Source of the DNA: Gammaproteobacteria bacterium
GTDB taxonomy: Bacteria > Pseudomonadota > Gammaproteobacteria > CBDBNL01 > JAAOII01
NCBI GenBank assembly: GCA_965209035.1
Contig: OZ242372.1
Coordinates: 480,001 to 544,000, forward strand
Reading direction: 5' to 3'
Length of the DNA stretch: 64,000 nucleotides
Shown: positions 10,779 to 19,718 of the stretch, in pieces
Layout: the number at the start of each line of letters is the position of its first letter
Position numbering within the stretch: the first letter of the stretch is position 1
Made by a program: the position numbers and the translations under genes
Notes under the pieces: model-generated
What the model saw: the letters and a program-made list of their open reading frames with translations, nothing else
The model's database searches: none
What the model was told of the DNA's origin: nothing

Positions 10779-11204
10779 TTGTTAACGCCAAAACAACAAC
10801 AATGTTGCGCGATTTCAAAAAAATTGAATATTCTTCGCAAAAAGGAAGATTTTGACAGGATATTTAAGCAGCCGGAATACAAAGCCGGTGTCCCCGGTCT
10901 TTATCTTCTGGCAAGAAAAAATAATCTTGAATACTCCCGTCTCGGCATGGCAATCCCCAAAAAAGTGATTAAGAAAGCAACCGGACGCAACGCACTTAAA
11001 AGGCGGCTGCGCGTTGCTTTTAAGGAAAGCATGAGCCGAAGTCGGGTTGATGCCGGGGTTGGGTTTGAACAGAAACAGCCCTGCTTGGACTCTGTCGTCA
11101 TCGCCAGACCGCCGATGGGCACATTTGACAAACAGAAAATGACCGAATTGGCACAAAAACTCTTTGCTACCTTGGTGCAAAAAAGCACGCACGCCAAGCG
11201 ATGA
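10779..11204 (+). CDS. rnpA: Ribonuclease P protein component
   Basis: RLGMAIPKKVIKKATGRNALKRRLR (RNR-motif region); follows rpmH. Confidence 0.9.
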   Translation: MLTPKQQQCCAISKKLNILRKKEDFDRIFKQPEYKAGVPGLYLLARKNNLEYSRLGMAIPKKVIKKATGRNALKRRLRVAFKESMSRSRVDAGVGFEQKQPCLDSVVIARPPMGTFDKQKMTELAQKLFATLVQKSTHAKR

Positions 11205-11488
11205 AACGCATTCTTCTCATGGCAATCGTCCTCTACCAAAAGTGGCTCAGCCCCTTTTTCCCTACCGCTTGTCGCTATTACCCGACCTGCTCCGACTATG
11301 CACACAGGGCCATATCACTTTATGGCTGGCACAAAGGCGGGTATCTCGCCCTCAAACGCTTGATGTCTTGTCATCCCTGGTCGGCAGGTGGCTATGCGCC
11401 TGTGCCGGAGCCGCAGGCTGACGCTGACGAATCGGATATGCGATTAAAAGCCGATACCGGCTTACGCCAGACGACACGGAAGCCATGA
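11201..11488 (+). CDS. yidD: Membrane protein insertion efficiency factor
   Basis: YQKWLSP, CRYYPTCSDY, CHPW. Confidence 0.93.
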   Translation: MKRILLMAIVLYQKWLSPFFPTACRYYPTCSDYAHRAISLYGWHKGGYLALKRLMSCHPWSAGGYAPVPEPQADADESDMRLKADTGLRQTTRKP

Positions 11489-13314
11489 TACAAAAAATCC
11501 AAAGGCCGATGCTCATTGTCGGTGTTGTACTCACCGGTTACTTGCTGCTTCTGCAATGGCAAGAAGACTATGTCAATACTCCGCCTGTGCCGGAAGTTTC
11601 GCCGGACTATTCGACCCCAGACACCCCTTCGGGGGCCGCACCTTCCGCAAACCCGCCGGCACCTCGTGCCGAAGCGGCAACAGACCTGCCGAGCGTACCG
11701 GAGCAACAGCGATTGCCGGCAAAACCTGCGGAATCAGACGGACTAACTATTATTCCGGGCGGAGACACAGCCGCAGTCAGAGGAAACTACATAGTAGCGG
11801 AGTCGGATGTTATCAGAATTGAAATAGACCCGAGAGGGGGCGATATTGTTCGGGCACAATTAAAACAATACAAAGAACAGCGAGGGACCCATCTCATTTT
11901 GTCCCTTCTGCGGCAAGACAACGGCAGGTTTGCCATAGCCCAGAGCGGTCTGATCGGACAAGACGGGCCGGACAATTCGCCCGACGGACGCCCCCTGTAC
12001 GAGAGTCGGTTGCAAACCTACAAAATGCAAGACGGCGAGAACATTTTGCGTATTCCCTTGACATACCGCAAAGAAGGCGTTACTCTGACCAAAGAATTCC
12101 TGCTCAGAAGGGGCCGCTACGATACGGACATTTCTTTCAAGGTTGAAAATAACGGCGACAGGCCCTGGCTGGCAAACCTATTTGCTCAGTTTAGACGGGA
12201 CGACAAATCGCCTCTTTATGATGAAGAAACCTTCGGTGTCCGTTCCTTCAAAGGAGCCGCCCTCACCACAGCCGGCGATAACTACAAAAAAGTGAGTTTC
12301 GGCGATATGGAAAAACGCGAACTCTTTGAAGAAGTGGAGGGAGGTTGGATGGCAATGGTGCAGCATTATTTTGTTGCCGCCTGGGTTCCTGCGGATACGG
12401 GTAAAACATATATATACAGAACAAGACAAACGGCAAACCGCCAACACTACATTTTTGGCTTCACCGCCCCCGCCTTTCAAGTTCTCCCCGGCCAACAAAA
12501 AACCGAAACGGTACATCTTTACTTGGGACCCAAAATCCAAAAACCTCTGGAAGATCTGGCGCCCTACCTTGCTCTGACCATAGATTACGGTTGGCTTTGG
12601 TACATTTCGCAACCTCTGTTCGGCTTTCTAACATTCATTCACAAGTATGTGAATAATTGGGGGCTTGCCATTATTTTGATGACGCTTGTCATCAAAATCG
12701 TCTTTTTCCCTTTGACAAACACCAGTTACAGATCCATGGCGCGCATGCGGAAGCTACAGCCACAGATGAAAGCCATCCGAGAAGCGCATGCCGACAACCG
12801 CCGGCAAATGCAAGAAGAAATGATGCGTCTTTACAAACGAGAAAAAGTGAACCCGATGGGCGGTTGTCTGCCCATACTGATCCAGATGCCCATATTCATC
12901 TCCTTTTACTGGACCCTCATTGAAAGCGTTGAATTAAGACACAGCCCATTTTTTGGCTGGATTACGGACCTGACAAGTCAGGACCCTTACTTCATACTGC
13001 CGGTACTAATGGGAGCATCGATGTTTGTCCAACAACAACTCAGCCCCACACCGCCGGACCCGACGCAGGCGCGCGTGATGAAGTTCCTGCCCGTGATCTT
13101 CACCATCTTTTTCCTCTGGTTCCCGTCCGGTCTGGTCCTGTATTGGCTGATTAACAACATCCTGTCCATCGGGCAACAATATCTAATCACCGCCCGCCTC
13201 AACAAAACCCCGGATTCCAAGCCAAGTGCCCCTCTTACTCTAAACAAGTTTCTAAACAAGCCTCTGAACAAGTTTCTAAATAAGTTGCTTAAATTTGGGA
13301 AAAAATCCAAGTAG
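11485..13314 (+). CDS. yidC: Membrane protein insertase
   Basis: DYGWL, NWGLAII, NPMGGCLPILIQMPIF, DPYFILP, PSGLVLYW. Confidence 0.96.
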   Translation: MIQKIQRPMLIVGVVLTGYLLLLQWQEDYVNTPPVPEVSPDYSTPDTPSGAAPSANPPAPRAEAATDLPSVPEQQRLPAKPAESDGLTIIPGGDTAAVRGNYIVAESDVIRIEIDPRGGDIVRAQLKQYKEQRGTHLILSLLRQDNGRFAIAQSGLIGQDGPDNSPDGRPLYESRLQTYKMQDGENILRIPLTYRKEGVTLTKEFLLRRGRYDTDISFKVENNGDRPWLANLFAQFRRDDKSPLYDEETFGVRSFKGAALTTAGDNYKKVSFGDMEKRELFEEVEGGWMAMVQHYFVAAWVPADTGKTYIYRTRQTANRQHYIFGFTAPAFQVLPGQQKTETVHLYLGPKIQKPLEDLAPYLALTIDYGWLWYISQPLFGFLTFIHKYVNNWGLAIILMTLVIKIVFFPLTNTSYRSMARMRKLQPQMKAIREAHADNRRQMQEEMMRLYKREKVNPMGGCLPILIQMPIFISFYWTLIESVELRHSPFFGWITDLTSQDPYFILPVLMGASMFVQQQLSPTPPDPTQARVMKFLPVIFTIFFLWFPSGLVLYWLINNILSIGQQYLITARLNKTPDSKPSAPLTLNKFLNKPLNKFLNKLLKFGKKSK

Positions 13315-13335
13315 CCTGTCTGGGGCCGAGGCGGA

Positions 13336-14766
13336 ATGACCTCTCAAACCATCCCCCAAACCATCCGGCGCGCAGATCGCGCAACTCAAAACAAGAAAGT
13401 GCAAATATCCAATTCGGGGCAAACGATCGTATCGGTTGCCACACCGCCCGGACGCGGCGCAATCGGCATAGTTCGACTTTCCGGTCCGGACACCCGGCAC
13501 ATCGCCGGTCAGATCACTCGCCGTTCCCCCAAACAAATCAAACCGCACCAAGCAATGTATACCGGTTTTTATGCCGCCGACGGAAGCCTGATTGACAAGG
13601 GTATTCTCCTCTTGTTCCCCGCACCCCGCTCCTTCACGGGCGAAGACATCGCGGAGTTTCACACACACGGCAACCCGCTCATCCAACAGAATTTGACAGA
13701 CCGGGCAATTTCTCTCGGCGCCAAGCCGGCTGCCCCGGGGGAGTTCAGCAGACGCGCCTACCTGAATGACAAGATGGATCTGTCCCAAGCCGAAGCACTC
13801 GCCAGTCTAATCAACAGCGAGAGCGAACTCGCCCTGCGAGCGTCCATGGCATCCCTGCAAGGTGTCTTTTCGGAAGAAGTCCGCCAACTGGATAACGAAC
13901 TGATGCAGTTACGCGTTTATGTGGAAGCGGCTTTGGACTTCCCGGATGAAGACATAGATTTTCTCAATGACGGCGAAGTGGATCGCCAAACCAGGAACCT
14001 GCTAAATCACTTGAATAAGATGCATGCGGAAGCACAACAGGGACAGCAACTCACCGAAGAAACGCAACTGGTCATCCTCGGCAAACCGAATGCGGGCAAG
14101 TCCAGTCTCTTAAATGCCCTTTGTCGTCAAGAAAGATCCATCGTGGATGCCAAGGCCGGCACCACCCGCGACTTTATCCGGCAGTCGGTACGGGCCGGCG
14201 ACCGCTCTTTCACACTGACTGACACAGCCGGCATTCGCACCTCCGTAACAGCGGTGGAACACAAAGGCATTGAGCGGAGTTGGCATCTGGCCGAACTTGC
14301 CGACCGGATCCTGTTTATTTATGACGGACGGCAGCCGCCCGGCAAAAGTTTAATACGCGAACTGACGGACAGAGGACTCCTTGCCAAAGTGCTACTCATA
14401 GAAAACAAAGCAGACCTGACCGACCGACGCCATTGTTCGTTTGTTGTCCGCATCGGCGCGCAGAACCTGCCGGGCGTTCGTCTGTCGGCAAAGACCGGCA
14501 AGGGACTCAACGCACTCATCAAACTTCTCGGCAAAACAGAACACACCGCCCCCGCATACTCCGCCCGCCGCCGCCATCTTCTCGCCCTTGAGCAAACCCG
14601 GGAGACCATCGTTAAAGGATACGGGGTCTTAAAGCAACAGGGTGCCGGCGAGATCTTTGCCGAAGAACTTAAAGTGGCACGCACAATCCTGGGAGAAGTG
14701 ATCGGTAAAACCGATAACGAAGAACTACTCAACAAGATCTTCTCGGAATTTTGCATCGGCAAATGA
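13336..14766 (+). CDS. mnmE: tRNA modification GTPase
   Basis: ATPPGRGAIGIVRLSG, SFTGED, GKPNAGKSS, GTTRD, DTAG, terminal FCIGK. Confidence 0.96.
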   Translation: MTSQTIPQTIRRADRATQNKKVQISNSGQTIVSVATPPGRGAIGIVRLSGPDTRHIAGQITRRSPKQIKPHQAMYTGFYAADGSLIDKGILLLFPAPRSFTGEDIAEFHTHGNPLIQQNLTDRAISLGAKPAAPGEFSRRAYLNDKMDLSQAEALASLINSESELALRASMASLQGVFSEEVRQLDNELMQLRVYVEAALDFPDEDIDFLNDGEVDRQTRNLLNHLNKMHAEAQQGQQLTEETQLVILGKPNAGKSSLLNALCRQERSIVDAKAGTTRDFIRQSVRAGDRSFTLTDTAGIRTSVTAVEHKGIERSWHLAELADRILFIYDGRQPPGKSLIRELTDRGLLAKVLLIENKADLTDRRHCSFVVRIGAQNLPGVRLSAKTGKGLNALIKLLGKTEHTAPAYSARRRHLLALEQTRETIVKGYGVLKQQGAGEIFAEELKVARTILGEVIGKTDNEELLNKIFSEFCIGK

Positions 14767-14865
14767 TGGGATGTTTTGTTCTTTTAATCTATTCTTTGAT
14801 ATCTTCGGGCATATCCGGCAATCCGTAACCCAAAAAGGATATAAGATAAAATAATGTTTTGGTTA

Positions 14866-14950
14866 GGAGAGATGGCAGAGCGGTCGAATGCGGCGGTCTT
14901 GAAAACCGTTGATCCGCGAGGATCCGGGGGTTCGAATCCCTCTCTCTCCG
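14866..14950 (+). tRNA. tRNA-Ser (TGA), CCA not encoded
   Basis: GGAGAGA/TCTCTCC acceptor, anticodon loop ctTGAaa, long variable arm, GGTTCGAATCC. Confidence 0.95.
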
Positions 14951-15173
14951 TCATATCGTATCGTATATAGCCTTTTGGTACATCATCCCGCAGGTTACAA
15001 AATAGTATGCATCAACACCCAAACCGGATGATCAAAGACGACCGCACAGAGATGTTAAAAGATATGAAAGAGATACCGGAAAATTCCGCAGACCTTATTT
15101 TTGCCGAGTTGGCGTGTATCATATATAATCATATATATAAGTGGTAAAATAAACAACAATAACACAAATACAA

Positions 15174-15722
15174 ATGAACATGAGAGGTGAGCAGAATCTG
15201 GTTTGGCTTGATCTTGAAATGAGCGGGCTGGACGCGGCAAAGCACAAAATCTTGGAGATTGCCACGCTGGTTACCAATTCGGATCTTGACATTCTTGCCC
15301 AGGGACCCGTATATGCAATTTATCAATCCGAATTAGTACTGCAGGATATGGGCGAATGGTGTCAAAATCAACACTCGGCTTCGGGTTTGACCGATAGAGT
15401 GCGGGTTAGCGAAACATCCGAAGCGGAGGCGGAAACAGGCACTCTGAGTTTTCTTGAGAAGTATCTCAATTCGGGCGAGTCGCCCTTGTGTGGCAACACC
15501 GTCCATCAGGATCGGTTTTTTCTAAAAGTCCATATGCCAAAACTGGAACGATTTTTCCATTATCGTAACCTGGATGTTTCCTCGTTCAAAATAGCTGTCA
15601 ATCTTTGGCAGCCGGAGGTTTTAGAGGGCATAAAGAAGAAAAATGACACGCATCTTGCCATGGCAGACATCATTGAGTCTGTCAAAGAAATGCGAGTTTA
15701 CAAAGAGCGTCTGTTCAATTAA
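15174..15722 (+). CDS. orn: Oligoribonuclease
   Basis: LVWLDLEMSGLD, ILEIA, PLCGN, HYRNLDVS, H.A..DI.ES. Confidence 0.95.
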   Translation: MNMRGEQNLVWLDLEMSGLDAAKHKILEIATLVTNSDLDILAQGPVYAIYQSELVLQDMGEWCQNQHSASGLTDRVRVSETSEAEAETGTLSFLEKYLNSGESPLCGNTVHQDRFFLKVHMPKLERFFHYRNLDVSSFKIAVNLWQPEVLEGIKKKNDTHLAMADIIESVKEMRVYKERLFN

Positions 15723-15775
15723 TCTTTGACCGGGTCCCGGCCGGTTCGCGGGCGACCCGCCAAAAACAAAATCGT

Positions 15776-16456
15776 TTATTGGCTCGGATACATCCTCATC
15801 TTTTGGGCGGCGGCAAGTGCCTCGGGTGTTCCCAAATCAGCCCAGTAGCCGGAATGTTCTTCCGCAGTGAGACGATCGCGCGCCATAGGCCATAGAGCGG
15901 CTTGGAAAGTATCCGCCAACGGGAAAGACCGGCGTTGCTCGCGATCAAAAATCTGCGGCCGCAGAAGACTAATACCGCAAAAAGTATAGTCTGTTCCGGC
16001 AACCGGAACTCCGTCTTTTAAGGAAAAGTCCCCGGTTGTTCCCGTCCGGGTTGGGCTTAGCAAGAGATGTCCGTCCCTGAGGCTGGCAAGATTTGTATCA
16101 ACAAACACACGCAGATCGGCATCATGTAAGATATCGGCATTCACCAACAAAAAGGGGCTCGGTCCAAGCAACGACAGGGCATGCTTGACTCCCCCGCCCG
16201 TATTGAGATACTCCGTTTCCCAACTGTAAAAGATTTTCATTCCCCATGCACTGCCGTCTCCTATGGTGTCGTGTATCATCTTGCCCAGATAATGCAAATT
16301 TATAACACACTCCGTAACACCCGCTTCTTTGAGACGGTTCAACATATGCTCTATCATGGGTTTACCGCCAACGGGAATCAACGGTTTGGGTTTGGATGCT
16401 GTCATTGCGCCCAGCCGGACACCTCGCCCGGCTGCCAGAATCATTGCCCTAATCAC
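15776..16456 (-). CDS. murU: Nucleotidyltransferase, MurU-like
   Basis: AMILAAGRG.R, PKPL, TGGG, VNAD, W.DLGTPE. Confidence 0.75.
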   Translation of the reverse strand: MIRAMILAAGRGVRLGAMTASKPKPLIPVGGKPMIEHMLNRLKEAGVTECVINLHYLGKMIHDTIGDGSAWGMKIFYSWETEYLNTGGGVKHALSLLGPSPFLLVNADILHDADLRVFVDTNLASLRDGHLLLSPTRTGTTGDFSLKDGVPVAGTDYTFCGISLLRPQIFDREQRRSFPLADTFQAALWPMARDRLTAEEHSGYWADLGTPEALAAAQKMRMYPSQ

Positions 16457-16638
16457 TTCCTAACCACTTCCTAACCACTTAATGCTCTGTAATGAATCAT
16501 ACAAAAATTTGGATTAGTAACCGTTTTGCATTCCTCATTTTGCACCGTCCGCACTCCGGCGCGATATCTCGCACTCCATCCTCCCGCGCCCCGTCCCCCA
16601 ATCTGTTTACCCGGGAAAGAGCGGATACCGGCAAGAGA

Positions 16639-17409
16639 TCACCAATAATTCTCGGTTGTGATATGTCCCGGGTCACGCCGCCGATTGCGCTTAAATCCCT
16701 TTTCCGCCATGACCTCGCGCACATCGTTTAGCATCGCGGGATTACCGCACAGCATGATATGTGTGTCTTCGGGACGCATGGCAAGACCCACTCTGTCGGC
16801 AAGACTGCCGTCCGCCAGGGCGGCGGGGATACGGCCGTCCATCGCAAAATCTGTTTGGGTGCGGCTAACAAACGGGACATATGTAAAGTTGGGGGTAAGG
16901 TTGGGGGTAAGATTGGAATGCGACTTCGTTAAATTTCGGATAGTCTCTCCGTATGTCAGTTCTTCGGGATAGCGCACCGCATGCACAAGGACCAGATTTT
17001 CAAACCTCCGCCAGGGATCTTCTGTTTTCAATATGGACAGGAAAGGCCCCAAGCCTGTGCCGGTCGCCATCAACCAAAGGTTCTTGTGTTCTTTGGGGAC
17101 CTCATTAAGGATTAAGAAGCCGCTTACCAGGTCGGACACCCATATTTTGTCTCCCCTTTTGAGTTTATGCAGGGCGGGCGACAACAAGCCGTCGTTAACC
17201 AAAATAGAATACACTTCAAGAAACTCTTCGTGCGGCGCATTAACCAAGGAATAGGGGCGCGCCACTCTCTCGCCGTTAATGTCCAGAGCGACTCGGGTGA
17301 ACTGACCGGAAATGAAAGAAGGATAGTCCGGTACCCGGATCTTCAAAGAATAAAGAGTCTGCGTCCAGTGTTTGTTTTCCTCTATCTCGCCCGCCAGCCA
17401 GTTTGACAT
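16639..17409 (-). CDS. fpr: Ferredoxin/flavodoxin-NADP+ reductase
   Basis: RPYS, ATGTGLGPF, MLCGNPAM, terminal ENYW. Confidence 0.93.
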   Translation of the reverse strand: MSNWLAGEIEENKHWTQTLYSLKIRVPDYPSFISGQFTRVALDINGERVARPYSLVNAPHEEFLEVYSILVNDGLLSPALHKLKRGDKIWVSDLVSGFLILNEVPKEHKNLWLMATGTGLGPFLSILKTEDPWRRFENLVLVHAVRYPEELTYGETIRNLTKSHSNLTPNLTPNFTYVPFVSRTQTDFAMDGRIPAALADGSLADRVGLAMRPEDTHIMLCGNPAMLNDVREVMAEKGFKRNRRRDPGHITTENYW

Positions 17410-17481
17410 ATGAACCTCCGAAAGTGCTTATTTAAAAGTTTAAAGATTTACGGCCATCCTTGATTCAGGGATTCAGGTGTT

Positions 17482-18111
17482 TCAAGCAACCAAAAAATCG
17501 GCGGAACGAAACACACTGATCACCGGTAACTTAAATTCCTGTTCCAAGGCCGCAACACCCCCGGCTTCCCTGTCCACCAGGGTGAGCATCGCAACGACCT
17601 CGTAACCCGCATTTTGAAATTCCTTACAGGCCTTGCTAATGGCAGCCCCGCTGGTAATTACATCGTCCACCACCAGAACTTTGCGATCTTTTAGTTCGTT
17701 TTCAATCCGACTGCGTGTGCCGTGTTTTTTCGGTTCCTTGCGCACGATGCTGCCTTCCTCAATGTCCATACCAAGTTGTGCGGCGCGCATCACCAACGCG
17801 GCGGTCATGAAATCCGCGCCCAGCGTCATACCGCCGACAGTGTCAATCCTCTGCGGCAAGTCCGGCACCACAGATCGCAATATGTAATCCGCCATCCAAG
17901 ACAGGAAGTTTCCGTTCAGGGTCGCCTTTTTACAATCAAAGTAAAAGGCGGACGAACTGCCGGCACTCAAAGTAAAATCACTGCCGGACAGCAGACAATG
18001 CTTTTGAATATGAGAGTGCATCTTTTCCCGCAAACGCAGATCCTCTTCTCGCTTGGGACGATGCGCATCCGTTGGCGTTGCCGGGTCCTGTTGGCTCTGT
18101 ATAAAATTCAT
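17482..18111 (-). CDS. pyrE: Orotate phosphoribosyltransferase
   Basis: FTLSAG, RKEPKKHG, VVDDVITSG, LVDR. Confidence 0.9.
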   Translation of the reverse strand: MNFIQSQQDPATPTDAHRPKREEDLRLREKMHSHIQKHCLLSGSDFTLSAGSSSAFYFDCKKATLNGNFLSWMADYILRSVVPDLPQRIDTVGGMTLGADFMTAALVMRAAQLGMDIEEGSIVRKEPKKHGTRSRIENELKDRKVLVVDDVITSGAAISKACKEFQNAGYEVVAMLTLVDREAGGVAALEQEFKLPVISVFRSADFLVA

Positions 18112-18393
18112 AGAATATTAAGATGATACCTTCATTATAATTTCATTATAAGAAAAACGAAATACACTCTATGATATGCTCGCATCGATGTTTAGAACTT
18201 TTAAGATTTACATCAAAAATTGTTTAGTCAGACACCCGCTGACGGTCGCCCGGGTTATCCCGGTGACCGGGATCTGTGTGTGATTCCACAGTGCCTTTAC
18301 CGGTTCAACTGTCGCTACACCTCGCGAAAAGGCCGCCTATCGGATGCAAATGGTCACCCCAAGGCGTAGAATGAAAAGAATGAACTTGACATT

Positions 18394-19605
18394 TTGAGTG
18401 GTATGAAAGAGCGGCAGTTCAAAGTAAATATGGAAAAGATTTATGAAACACCAAAAATAAAAAATAAAACTTTCGAGCATGTCGCGGACGCGGGTGTCCA
18501 AGGAACGCTTTTTGAATCGTTAGAAATTGCGAAGCCCGCATACGGGATTAACGCGGAGAAAATTCAAGAAACTTATTTTCATACTCCGCAAGTGAAAGAA
18601 AATCATTTTCAACTACACAATCGTCGCTACATCGGCAGTAAATACAAATTGATAGAATGGATTTTTTCTATTCTTGATAAAGAATGTGAAGGAAAGTCTT
18701 TCACGGATATTTTTGCCGGAACCGGTGTTGTTGCCGCCGTTGCCGGTAAACACTTTGACGAAATTGTTTTAAATGATTTTCTCTATTCAAATGAAGTAAT
18801 CTACAAAGCATTTTTAGGCAAAGGAGACTGGAACTGCCAAAAAATACATACTCTGATTAAAGAATACAACAATATCCAAGGAGAACATTTGGATGAAAAT
18901 TACTTTTCATCTCATTTTGGCAAAAAATATTTCTCGGCAAACTCGGCAAAAATTATTGGCTTCATTCGCGAAAATATTGAGAAAAATAAGGCAGATTTAA
19001 CAGAACGAGAATATCATATGCTGTTGTCATCACTGCTTTACTCCGTTGATAAGATAGCAAATACAGTGGGGCATTACGATGCATATTTCAAAAAAGAATG
19101 GGTTGAAGACCGTTTCATGATGCGACCAATAGATCCTGTTGAAATAAAAACCATTTCTATTTTTAGAGAAGATGCGAACTTACTCGCAAGGCGGATTAAG
19201 TCAGACATCGTGTATATTGACCCGCCTTATAACTCAAGGCAATACAGCCGGTTTTATCATGTGCTTGAAACGCTCACAAAATGGGATAAGGCGACACTAC
19301 ACGGAGTCGCTCTAAAACCCGAACCTGAAAATATGAGTGACTATTGCCGAGCGAGTGCAAAAGACAAGTTTGCCGGGTTAATCGCTGACATCAATGCAAG
19401 TTACCTCGTTGTTTCCTACAACAATACCTACGCTTCAAAAAGCAATTCATCACAAAACAAAATCACACTTGAAGAAATTAAAAACATCCTAAGTAAAAAA
19501 GGAAAAACAAAGATATTTGAAAAAGATTATCGTCATTTCAATGCCGGAAATACTAACTTTAATAATCACAAAGAATATTTGTTCGTAACAAAAACCACTC
19601 CGTGA
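18394..19605 (+). CDS. D12-class N6-adenine DNA methyltransferase (start uncertain; ATG 18430 plausible)
   Basis: RRYIGSKYKL, DIFAGTG, NTVGHYDAY, YIDPPYN, terminal EYLF; AT-rich. Confidence 0.9.
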   Translation: MSGMKERQFKVNMEKIYETPKIKNKTFEHVADAGVQGTLFESLEIAKPAYGINAEKIQETYFHTPQVKENHFQLHNRRYIGSKYKLIEWIFSILDKECEGKSFTDIFAGTGVVAAVAGKHFDEIVLNDFLYSNEVIYKAFLGKGDWNCQKIHTLIKEYNNIQGEHLDENYFSSHFGKKYFSANSAKIIGFIRENIEKNKADLTEREYHMLLSSLLYSVDKIANTVGHYDAYFKKEWVEDRFMMRPIDPVEIKTISIFREDANLLARRIKSDIVYIDPPYNSRQYSRFYHVLETLTKWDKATLHGVALKPEPENMSDYCRASAKDKFAGLIADINASYLVVSYNNTYASKSNSSQNKITLEEIKNILSKKGKTKIFEKDYRHFNAGNTNFNNHKEYLFVTKTTP

Positions 19606-19662
19606 ATGAAAAAATAAAAAGATCCCCTCTCTTTTATGTGGGGGACAAATATCAACTGATGA
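19602..19662 (+). pseudogene. N-terminal stump of a second D12 adenine methyltransferase
   Basis: GTGA overlap with the upstream stop; reads VNEKIKRSPLFYVGDKYQLM (SP..Y.G.K motif X), then resemblance is lost. Confidence 0.65.
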
Positions 19663-19718
19663 TGCACTCGCACGCGGTACTCCCGCGGCTATCCCGGACC
19701 CCGGACTGTCCTTCCCGC

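Noticed and set aside
18230-18370. GC-rich patch upstream of the MTase encoding CLYRFNCRY, like the IS1595 YRFNRR motif
   Set aside because: Too short and no terminal repeat identified; needs a tBLASTx against ISfinder
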